Virus record (IMG/VR): IMGVR_UViG_3300022752_005671
Span: 1 to 64,000 of that record
Reading direction: 5' to 3' (one strand)
Source: a virus
DNA: 64,000 nucleotides
Within the stretch, counting starts at the first letter, position 1, and every line of letters begins with the position of its first letter. Under the pieces are notes generated by a model. It saw nothing but the letters and a program-made list of their open reading frames with translations, ran no database searches and was not told where the DNA came from. Positions 56,173 through 64,000 of the stretch are shown in pieces. Made by a program: the position numbers and the translations under genes.

Positions 56173-57049
56173 AAAAATCCTTTATTATTTGGTCATAATA
56201 ATCTTTTATTTTTGATATGTGATATTTTTCTCCAACTTTTATTGATTCTTTTGATAACGAAGAATACGCATCTAGATCATTTTGAAGATCAATGATTGTT
56301 TGTTTTAAACTATCAAAATTTTCTACAAAAATACATTTATCTTCTCCAAATTGTTTATAACTTTCATATGGAAGACATATCGTTGGGACTCCATAACTTT
56401 GAAAATTAGTTAATTTTGTATTTGGTTTATACCTAATCGTTCTTTGATATACGCCTGAATTTATTGATTCTTTTTCAAAGAAAATAATTCCTATGTCTAT
56501 TTTTTTAAAAACTGAGTCAAGTTCATAATGATTTTGCGGGTTATAAGATGTAAAAGTAAGGTTTTGCTTACTACAAAAATCTTGCAAGCTTTTTTCATTT
56601 AACGTATATTCAGGAACTCCTACATATCCTAAATTTATTGGTCGTTCTTTTAATTCATTTATTCTTTTTGAAAAATTACAATTATGATGAGGTATTACAT
56701 AGATTTTTTTATCTGTTACTTTTGAAAGTTCTTCTTTACATATATCATTATTTACAATATAAAAATCGCAAAATTTACTTGTATATCTTGAAAAATCGTC
56801 CTCTTTTACTCTTCCGTAAAGATAGTCAGTTACTGGGTTATCTGCAATGTCAAACCCAACTATTAAATTATTTAATTTGCAGTATCTCGCGTAGTCTTCA
56901 TTAAATTTTCTAACATGAATTACTATTTCATTTTTTGGATCTATGGGAAAATCAATATCAACAAAGTCAGAATGCGGAATGATTTCAGATATTTGTTGTC
57001 CTCTAATGATTCCTGAACTTCTTTTTGAAAACCCAGCAAATGTTATCAT
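56156..57049 (-). CDS. Putative GT-B-like glycosyltransferase
   Basis: SSGIIRGQQI; LGYVG; IDIGI; KPNTKLTNFQSYGVPTI. Confidence 0.6.
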   Translation of the reverse strand: MITFAGFSKRSSGIIRGQQISEIIPHSDFVDIDFPIDPKNEIVIHVRKFNEDYARYCKLNNLIVGFDIADNPVTDYLYGRVKEDDFSRYTSKFCDFYIVNNDICKEELSKVTDKKIYVIPHHNCNFSKRINELKERPINLGYVGVPEYTLNEKSLQDFCSKQNLTFTSYNPQNHYELDSVFKKIDIGIIFFEKESINSGVYQRTIRYKPNTKLTNFQSYGVPTICLPYESYKQFGEDKCIFVENFDSLKQTIIDLQNDLDAYSSLSKESIKVGEKYHISKIKDYYDQIIKDFCEKFN

Positions 57050-57987
57050 AATTTACTCATTCTTTCTATCACTGTTTTTGCTCTATTGATTGAAGTATGA
57101 TATAGCAATCCATGCTGTTTTCCAGCTATCCCAATTTTTAGTGATAATTCTTTTTCTTTTAATAAGAAATTTAAATTATTTGAAAATGAACTCATATCAT
57201 CATATGAAACAGCATGAACAAAATCTTCAAATTTATCTGGAAATTCTATTTGATATTTTTGATATAAGCAGCAAGCTCCTGCTCCAATTGCTTCATAAAA
57301 TCTATCGCAATTGTCTCCACCACCCCATGCATCAATTACTATTCTAGATCTTGATAAAACTTCTCTATACTCTTTTTCATTTAAAGAATTTGAAACAACT
57401 ATGTTGTAATTTGTTTTTTGTTTTAAATCATAACAATAATTTGTTATTTCTTTTCTCATTCCTGTACTATGTTGACCGAAGACACACATGACGTCGATGT
57501 CTTTTTTTTCATCATTTAATAAATGCCGAGGAGTCATTCCAAAAAGAAGAGGAATAATACCTAAGTCTAAATCCTGTTTGTAACATTCTCTTTTAAAATA
57601 AAGATCACAAAAATTTAGCATATCATGATTTATCCAAGGATGTCCTCTTCTTTTAGAAGGATCAACCAAAGAATTAATCATTTGGTCTTTCATCTGATAT
57701 CCAGTGTAAGTCCACTCGCTTCCATCAATGTAAGCAATTTTAAATTTATTTTTTAAAGAATTTAAAAGGTAGTATTTTGGAGATTGATTATCCCTAACTT
57801 TTCCAAAAAATGCTAGAACAAAATTAGCGTCATTAACTTTTAATATTTCTTCATCACTGAATGATTTTGTTATTCCATTTCCTAAATCTGAAGCAATTAT
57901 TTCAACGCCTAAATTCAAAAGACCATCAACTACTAATTCAGTAGTGTAATCTCTTTTTTTATTAGGAGTTATTGCTATGATTTTCAA
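57046..57987 (-). CDS. Putative GT-B glycosyltransferase
   Basis: AYIDGSE; YFKRE; KDIDV; YREVLSRSRIVIDAWGGGDNCDRFYEAIGAG. Confidence 0.7.
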   Translation of the reverse strand: MKIIAITPNKKRDYTTELVVDGLLNLGVEIIASDLGNGITKSFSDEEILKVNDANFVLAFFGKVRDNQSPKYYLLNSLKNKFKIAYIDGSEWTYTGYQMKDQMINSLVDPSKRRGHPWINHDMLNFCDLYFKRECYKQDLDLGIIPLLFGMTPRHLLNDEKKDIDVMCVFGQHSTGMRKEITNYCYDLKQKTNYNIVVSNSLNEKEYREVLSRSRIVIDAWGGGDNCDRFYEAIGAGACCLYQKYQIEFPDKFEDFVHAVSYDDMSSFSNNLNFLLKEKELSLKIGIAGKQHGLLYHTSINRAKTVIERMSKL

Positions 57988-58921
57988 AACAATTCAAAAA
58001 TACTTCCATATATGATTTGTTTACATTAATATTGTCTAGTAAATCATAGTTAATTTTTGAAATTAAAGATTCTCTTCTTTCGTAAGCGTTAAAAATTTTT
58101 TCAACAACGTTAGTTGAATCATCCATTTGAATACCATGAGCTTGACATATTTCAGGTATAGCTCCACCGTCTTTGTGATAAACAATAGGTAATCCGCAAG
58201 ATGAAGCTTCAATATGATGCATTCCGCAAGCTTCCCATCTTGCTGCAGTTAAATAAACATCATGTTTTCTAAGCTCATCTCCTAATTCTTTTCCATACAA
58301 TGGAGAAATTAGTTTAGTGTTTTTAGGCACATATTCTTTGTAGTATCTACCGATGTAAGTAAATTCAATATTTTGATGCAAATTAAGCTTTTTATCTAAC
58401 TCGATATAAGCATCAAATCCTTTATTATAGTTGTTCGACCAATGATGGGTTACAACTTTAATTTTTTCATTTTTTTCTTTTTGTTTTGAAGGATAAAACC
58501 ATTGATGATTGCAGCCATTTCTAATAACATGACTTTGTTTATTAAATCCATGCTGCTCATAATGATTTTTTAACCAATCGCTTATAAAAATTGTTTTATC
58601 AGCTATTGCATAATTTGCTTTTATGTTTAAATTTACTAAAAAGTTAGTTCCTCGAGGGACATCAGAATCATTTATACGATGAATGACTTTAACGTTTTTA
58701 TTTTTTGATTTTAAAAAAGTCTTGTATTGAATCAGCTGATTTATATCTCCAAACCCATCATCATCTCTCGGATCCATCATTAAAATGACATCGACATCAT
58801 CTTCATAGCTAGTCGTGACTTTATGTCCGATTGATTCAGCGTAGTCAGTAAACCCTGTAGCAAAATGTATTCCACCGCCCCATGGATTTCTTCTAAGCTT
58901 TCTATTAATAAAAATCTTCAT
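57962..58921 (-). CDS. GT-B (GT4-like) glycosyltransferase
   Basis: PWGGG; HRIND; VIRNG; KGFD; HDVYLTAARWEACGMHHIEASSCGLP. Confidence 0.85.
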   Translation of the reverse strand: MKIFINRKLRRNPWGGGIHFATGFTDYAESIGHKVTTSYEDDVDVILMMDPRDDDGFGDINQLIQYKTFLKSKNKNVKVIHRINDSDVPRGTNFLVNLNIKANYAIADKTIFISDWLKNHYEQHGFNKQSHVIRNGCNHQWFYPSKQKEKNEKIKVVTHHWSNNYNKGFDAYIELDKKLNLHQNIEFTYIGRYYKEYVPKNTKLISPLYGKELGDELRKHDVYLTAARWEACGMHHIEASSCGLPIVYHKDGGAIPEICQAHGIQMDDSTNVVEKIFNAYERRESLISKINYDLLDNINVNKSYMEVFLNCFENHSNNS

Positions 58922-60555
58922 TTTCTCTTTAAGATTTTAGAATATTCTGGAAAATAAAGATAATCAATTCTAGTACCTAGGAAACACTTAATTGAATGAG
59001 AAACATCCTCGCATATTGGTTCTCTATCATTAAAGCTAGTGTTTAAAATGATAGGAACCCCAGACTTTTCTTTCCATTTTAGTAAGAAATTATGATACCA
59101 TTGGTTGTCTTCTTTTCTAACGGTTTGAAGTCTTGCAGTACCATCTTGATGAACTACCGCTGGGACTAATGATTTCTTTTCTTCTTTAAAATTCAATACA
59201 AATTGCATGTATGGACTTTCTTGATAGTTTAAAAACCACTCATGAGCATCTTCTTCAAGAATAGAAGGAGCAAACGGTCTGAACCATTTACGATGCTTCA
59301 CTTTTTCATTGATGATATCTTTCATATCTCCGCGGCGAGGGTCAGCAAGAATGCTTCTGTTTCCTAATGCTCTCCGACCTGATTCACTTTTTTCATTGAA
59401 TACCGCAACGATGTTTCCGGCCGCTAAAAGATCTGTCATTTGATCTAGTGTGCAGCCTGAAACGTCAACAGGAAAATTTTTAACAACATTATTAAAATGT
59501 TCTTCTCCCCAAAGTTCTCCTAAATACGGAGTAAAATTGTGTTTCCATTGAATTCTGGGATTTCCTAAAATTTCATGCCAAAGTATTTGTGCTGCTCCGA
59601 TAGGTAAACCTCCGTCATACGGAACTGGAGGTATATAAACATTTTCTATGTTATCTGGAAACCAAGATTTGATCTTTCCCATGGCAACAGAGTTTAATGC
59701 TACTCCGCCTGAAATGCATAAATTTTTTGATTTAATTGGACTAACATCTATTGCAAACTTTATAATTTGCTTCAACAATTCTTCAGTAGATGATTGTAGT
59801 CCTGCGGCAAGATCAAATTTATCTTGTTCTGATTTTCTTGCAATTGCTGCCCATGGTTCAAGATATGGATGTGAAGGATCAGCATCACTAGTTGCACCAG
59901 GAGGTTGATTATGAGGTTTCATGCTTGATGGCATAATATCGGTTGTCAACATTTTTAAAAAATCTTGGTGGTACTTTTTCGCATCACCAAATGCCGCCAT
60001 AGCCATCACCGTACCTTCTTCACCTCCTAACGGCCATCCGTTTTGAAGTTTAAAAACATATCTAGTAATTCTTGTCCAGACACCTCCGATGTTAATTTCG
60101 TAAGGTTTAAAAGTCTTTAAGTTTTTCATGGTGCAATCTTTTGCATACCATATTGTGCAAGCTGTCTCTGCACCATGTTCATCTTCAGAACCGCCGCCGT
60201 CTATTGTTAGAACAATTGCATCATCAAAATTGCTGGAATAAAATGCGTTAGCTGCATGAGATCTATGATGAGAAAAGAAATGTATTCCTCCTCCATTTTT
60301 TTCTACTATACCTTTTATTTTTTCATATGAATCTTCGTATTGCTTTAGCTTCTTTGTCGGATAAGTTGTTGCAATATGAGAAATATCATCTACATTTTCT
60401 ACTGTATCAAACATGAACTTTACTGAATCACCAGGAGGAGACTTTTCACGATTATAGCGTTCATATTCTGCGTGAATAGTTGGTTGACCATTTTCTAAAA
60501 TGCAAAATGAACAATCATGTCCAGACCAAACTCCAGCGACTTTTATAGATTTCAT
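58918..60555 (-). CDS. O-carbamoyltransferase (NodU/CmcH/TobZ family)
   Basis: GHD; ERYNREK; HHRSHAANAFY; IDGGG; SGGVALN; DGGLPIGAA; RALGNRSILADPR; KHRKWFRPFAP; VHQDGTARLQTV; LNTSFN. Confidence 0.93.
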   Translation of the reverse strand: MKSIKVAGVWSGHDCSFCILENGQPTIHAEYERYNREKSPPGDSVKFMFDTVENVDDISHIATTYPTKKLKQYEDSYEKIKGIVEKNGGGIHFFSHHRSHAANAFYSSNFDDAIVLTIDGGGSEDEHGAETACTIWYAKDCTMKNLKTFKPYEINIGGVWTRITRYVFKLQNGWPLGGEEGTVMAMAAFGDAKKYHQDFLKMLTTDIMPSSMKPHNQPPGATSDADPSHPYLEPWAAIARKSEQDKFDLAAGLQSSTEELLKQIIKFAIDVSPIKSKNLCISGGVALNSVAMGKIKSWFPDNIENVYIPPVPYDGGLPIGAAQILWHEILGNPRIQWKHNFTPYLGELWGEEHFNNVVKNFPVDVSGCTLDQMTDLLAAGNIVAVFNEKSESGRRALGNRSILADPRRGDMKDIINEKVKHRKWFRPFAPSILEEDAHEWFLNYQESPYMQFVLNFKEEKKSLVPAVVHQDGTARLQTVRKEDNQWYHNFLLKWKEKSGVPIILNTSFNDREPICEDVSHSIKCFLGTRIDYLYFPEYSKILKRK

Positions 60556-60580
60556 TTTTTTTCTCTTTTTATGGCTGTTA

Positions 60581-61375
60581 CTAAATTCTCATTCCATTAT
60601 ACACGGTTTTTTTAAATTTATCGTTATCATCATTAATAGATTCTATGATTTTAAAATCAAGATTATTATCAATTAATAACTTAGCAAAAGCTTTTGTGTC
60701 TTTAGGCAAACACATTCCTCCATAACCACGTAAAGAATCAGAAACGTCTAAGTACATGTCTAAAGCTTTTCCTGTTTTTATATAAGCATTTTTTATAGCA
60801 TCATAATCGCAGTTTAGCTTTTTAGAAGCTTCAAAAAAAACATTGGCAAAAACTATTCTTAATGAAGCGTAAACGTTGTTGAAATATTTAAGTAATTCTG
60901 CTTCAGTAGGAGACAGTCTTACAGTTTGTTTGGGTAAAAAACCGTGAATACTTGAAATAGTTTCATAAACGTAATCGTTGTTAGTACCAATCGCTAGAAC
61001 GTTATGGTTTTTTATAAAGTCTTCGACTGCGCACCTCTCTCTTAAAAACTCAGGAACAAAGCAGATAGAATTATTGCTGTATTTTTCTACCATTGTTTGT
61101 GTAAATCCAGGTACTGCTGTTGATCTTATCGCTATGATACCAGCATAGTTTAATTCATGCAAATCATGAATTACGCTTTCAAGAATTGAAGTATCACATC
61201 CACCATCTTCTAAACTTGGTGTTGGGACGCAAATAAATACAGCTGAAGTATTCAAGACATCTTCTAACTTTGTGTTTAATTTTATGTCATGAAAAGATAC
61301 TTCATGATCTAAAGTTTCAAATCCTTTTTTATTAGCATTTCCAACGACACCAAGACCAATTATTCCTACTCGCAT
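60581..61375 (-). CDS. ugd: Second short UDP-glucose/GDP-mannose dehydrogenase family protein
   Basis: GLGVVG; CVPTP; RSTAVPG; FVPEFLRE; AELLKY; GYGGMCLPKD; 264 aa, no C-terminal domain. Confidence 0.82.
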   Translation of the reverse strand: MRVGIIGLGVVGNANKKGFETLDHEVSFHDIKLNTKLEDVLNTSAVFICVPTPSLEDGGCDTSILESVIHDLHELNYAGIIAIRSTAVPGFTQTMVEKYSNNSICFVPEFLRERCAVEDFIKNHNVLAIGTNNDYVYETISSIHGFLPKQTVRLSPTEAELLKYFNNVYASLRIVFANVFFEASKKLNCDYDAIKNAYIKTGKALDMYLDVSDSLRGYGGMCLPKDTKAFAKLLIDNNLDFKIIESINDDNDKFKKTVYNGMRI

Positions 61376-62229
61376 AATAATGATTCGACCGTTCTGCGGA
61401 GTCCTTCTTCAAGATCGATTATACTATCAACATTTACAAAATTATAAAGTTTTTTTGTATCAGGACATCTTCTTTTTGCGCTTCCAAGAGGACTTTTGCG
61501 TATTTCAAGCTTATCTGGATTGACTTCCATTATTTTCATTATTATTCTTGCGACGTCACTTATTTTTACTTCTTGCTGGTTCCCAACATTCACAATTTCA
61601 TTTGTACAGTTTAAAACTAAATCATGTGTAAATTTAACTGCATCATCAATATAACAAAATGAACGTGTGTCATCCCCGTTTATGTAATACTCTCCAGTTA
61701 GTACTCTCTCTACAAACTCAGAGATAAAATGATCTTTTTGTCTTGGACCATATACGTTAAAATATCTAATGATTAACCAAGGTAATCCAGAATTTGAAAC
61801 TAAATTTTCTCCTAATGCTTTTGGAATGCTATAACTCCATCTAGGATTTAAGATGTTATCAAACATAATTGGAACTTGTTCATCAGTAGGAATTTTATAA
61901 ATTCCTTTATCTGTTGCACCATTAAAAATTTCGCATGTAGAAGTAAAAACAAATTTTGTTTTAGATCTTGAATATCTTTTTACTAGATTAAAAGTTGGAA
62001 TCGTGTTGTTAAACGCAACCATCGTTGGAGATTCATAAAAAAGTCTAGTTCCATTAGTTGCAGCCATGTGAACTAAAACATCACATTCGGGTAAGTTATT
62101 AACTACAATTTCAGAGCAAAGATCTTTTCCATCAACTAAATCTGCGGTAAAAATTTCGTTTGAATGTTTAATAAAGTCGTAATAATGACTTCCTATAAAC
62201 CCTTTATCTCCAGTTAATACTATTTTCAT
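61366..62229 (-). CDS. NAD-dependent epimerase/decarboxylase (UDP-glucuronate decarboxylase/ArnA-C-like)
   Basis: TGDKGFIG; HMAA; FTSTCEIF; PRWSYSIPK; RYFNVYGP; RSFCYIDD; RRCPD. ATG 62229 preferred; adjacent to a ugd-like gene. Confidence 0.8.
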   Translation of the reverse strand: MKIVLTGDKGFIGSHYYDFIKHSNEIFTADLVDGKDLCSEIVVNNLPECDVLVHMAATNGTRLFYESPTMVAFNNTIPTFNLVKRYSRSKTKFVFTSTCEIFNGATDKGIYKIPTDEQVPIMFDNILNPRWSYSIPKALGENLVSNSGLPWLIIRYFNVYGPRQKDHFISEFVERVLTGEYYINGDDTRSFCYIDDAVKFTHDLVLNCTNEIVNVGNQQEVKISDVARIIMKIMEVNPDKLEIRKSPLGSAKRRCPDTKKLYNFVNVDSIIDLEEGLRRTVESLLCE

Positions 62230-62233
62230 AATT

Positions 62234-63133
62234 TTAAAGTTGATTAAAAAGATCTCTATATGCTTTATATCCAAATGGCAATAATATCTCTTTTACGTTA
62301 GGTATTGCAGGAATTGCCTTTATTACATCGTCATGTATTGCAGAAGATGGTAAAACTGCTTCTGCCATTCCCATGCTTCTAGAAATCATTGAAACATCTA
62401 ATAGTCCACACTCTATTAAAGATTGAGGACCCCCTTCATACCTAGAAGTAACTGGATACAAATCAAGAGTTTGATACAGCTCATTTACGATTTCTTGTGA
62501 AGGCAATTCTATGTACGTAAAAGGTATTGATAAATCGTTCAGTTTGCTAATGATATATTGCCTACGCCACCCAGATAAAACTACATGAATTGATGGAGAT
62601 GTTTCTTTTAGTTTAGTTAAATATTCAGCTAATAAATCTGGTCCTTTTTCTAATTTTGGACTTTTTAAGTCGCTTCCTTCTGTGTCTCTCTGAAATGATC
62701 CTATAACTGTTGCATCAAGAGGAATGTTATATTTTTTTCTGAATTCTTCTTTCGTACCAGTCTTTTTCCATATTTTTTGATTTGCCCAATATGGGATCAC
62801 TTTAATAGGTTTATTTGTATAACTTTCGATAAACTTTTTGGTGTGAATGCTTGGCGTGTGATAAATATGAGTAATTGAATCTCTTTCCTTAAAGTCATTA
62901 ATTTGATCAATACCAAACTTTTCAGGCACGATGTGGTGGATTGTAGTTACTACTTTTTTTGTTTTTAAAAACTGTATTGGTAAATTTCTCCAGCACCAAT
63001 CAGAAAACAACCAAATTACATCTGCTTGTCTACAATCAAAAACGCTAATATCGCTGTTGTCTTCATACCATTCTTTTGTAAATCTATCAATAATCCAGTT
63101 TTCTTTTGGAGGTAAAACGTAAACTTTATTCAT
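62234..63133 (-). CDS. GT-B (GT4-like) glycosyltransferase
   Basis: IGSFQRD...EKGPDL; YQTLDLYPVTSRYEGGPQSLIECG; ATG 63133 preferred. Confidence 0.82.
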   Translation of the reverse strand: MNKVYVLPPKENWIIDRFTKEWYEDNSDISVFDCRQADVIWLFSDWCWRNLPIQFLKTKKVVTTIHHIVPEKFGIDQINDFKERDSITHIYHTPSIHTKKFIESYTNKPIKVIPYWANQKIWKKTGTKEEFRKKYNIPLDATVIGSFQRDTEGSDLKSPKLEKGPDLLAEYLTKLKETSPSIHVVLSGWRRQYIISKLNDLSIPFTYIELPSQEIVNELYQTLDLYPVTSRYEGGPQSLIECGLLDVSMISRSMGMAEAVLPSSAIHDDVIKAIPAIPNVKEILLPFGYKAYRDLFNQL

Positions 63134-63161
63134 GTAGATCACCTGAAGGTTTTAAATATTT

Positions 63162-64000
63162 TTAATTTTCTATTATTCGTTTAAAAAAATTGATGTAGTT
63201 TGATAAACAGTTTGTCATGCTGACATCAAATGGATTTTTTAATTCTTCTTTTTTTGGAAGTTTTTCAGTTATTTGAGTTATATCGATAGAAGGGGGATCA
63301 TCATAGTTTGCTAATTCAAAATTATAATCGTTCTTTTCTTTAAGAATTATTCCATAACCTTGCACTAGCTCTTTTGTTCCACCATGTTCTGAACATATAA
63401 CAGGAGTTTTTTGAGACAATGATTCAACAACAGTATTTGGACAATGATCTAGCCATGCTAGATGCAGCATCCAATTTGCTGCAGAAAATATTTCAAGACA
63501 TACTTCATGCGGTTGCGAACCAGCGTAAAAAATGTGAGGATCTGCAATTTTTGTTGCATTTGATCCCAACACTATCAGCGCTGCCGATGAATAAAAATTT
63601 CTTAAATGTTTATATAATTCTACGTTTTCGTTTAAACGTTTTTGTGGATGCCAATTTGCAGAACAGACAAACAACATTTCGTATTGCTTTCTGATTTGTT
63701 CTAATGTCGGTATATGAAATTTTTTAATTTCAGGTGCATTAATACCGTTTCTAATTATTGAACCATTTTTATGATGACCCCACCACTTCGTAGTCATTCC
63801 TTTATCAAACTCAGATTGCCATATTACTGCATCTGAATTTTGATATAGATTTTTTATTGATGAATTTTTTGTTTCAAATTCTTCTGGTTTGAACCAGATT
63901 CCATCTAGTCTTTGAACTACTTTTTTTGCTAAAGGTCTTCCTGAAGGTTCGATAAAAACTATTGAAACATCAGCTTGTCTACCATCATACAATTCAACTT
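63162..64000 (-). CDS. GT-B (GT4-like) glycosyltransferase, 5'-partial at the window edge
   Basis: Frame is open to base 64000; QRLDG; IIRNG; HPQKRL; LHLAWLDHCPNTVVESL; GGTKELV. Confidence 0.8.
   Translation of the reverse strand, partial: VELYDGRQADVSIVFIEPSGRPLAKKVVQRLDGIWFKPEEFETKNSSIKNLYQNSDAVIWQSEFDKGMTTKWWGHHKNGSIIRNGINAPEIKKFHIPTLEQIRKQYEMLFVCSANWHPQKRLNENVELYKHLRNFYSSAALIVLGSNATKIADPHIFYAGSQPHEVCLEIFSAANWMLHLAWLDHCPNTVVESLSQKTPVICSEHGGTKELVQGYGIILKEKNDYNFELANYDDPPSIDITQITEKLPKKEELKNPFDVSMTNCLSNYINFFKRIIEN

Noticed and set aside
1-64000. CRISPR array or cas operon (prompted by the Cas4-like nuclease)
   Set aside because: No regularly spaced repeat-spacer structure and no other cas genes seen.
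1-64000. Stop-codon reassignment
   Set aside because: Long conserved genes are intact under code 11, and TAA, TGA and TAG all end genes at tight overlaps.
1-64000. Eukaryotic giant virus (NCLDV) origin, suggested by sugar enzymes and Pth2
   Set aside because: Sigma factors, gp25/gp6/gp5-like baseplate genes, SD sites and coupled operons indicate a tailed bacteriophage.

Overview
This window is a segment of a very large, AT-rich, T4-like contractile-tailed (jumbo) bacteriophage genome. Support: gp25-, gp6- and gp5-like baseplate genes, a gp55-like late sigma factor, T4-type ATP-dependent ligase, tight ATGA/TAATG gene coupling, Shine-Dalgarno sites, standard code 11. Layout: (1) 1-11 kb, mostly + strand, accessory and host-takeover genes: Zn-deaminase, malate synthase A, a myxobacterial-type vWA protein, HAD, UvsE, a sigma70-like factor lacking its 4.2 helix plus a separate sigma4-like HTH gene, GT25, DNA ligase, an Ala-rich lipoprotein and a non-canonical 70-nt tRNA-like RNA. 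(2) 11-23 kb: four modular Gly/Ser/Thr-rich tail-fibre genes flanking a + strand NADAR / Pth2-like island. (3) 23-41 kb: baseplate and virion genes and the late sigma. (4) 41.7-64 kb: a glycan biosynthesis and decoration cluster of more than 22 kb that runs off the window edge. Host-derived genes suggest a Myxococcota (Polyangia-like) host; this is an inference. Top leads: the apparently split sigma factor, the giant glycosylation locus, the atypical tRNA, phage malate synthase, a C5-tract frameshift in a glycan methyltransferase, and a GC-skew switch with GGCCC hairpins at about 300-420. All family calls come from motif recognition by eye and all base counts are hand counts; no database search was run.
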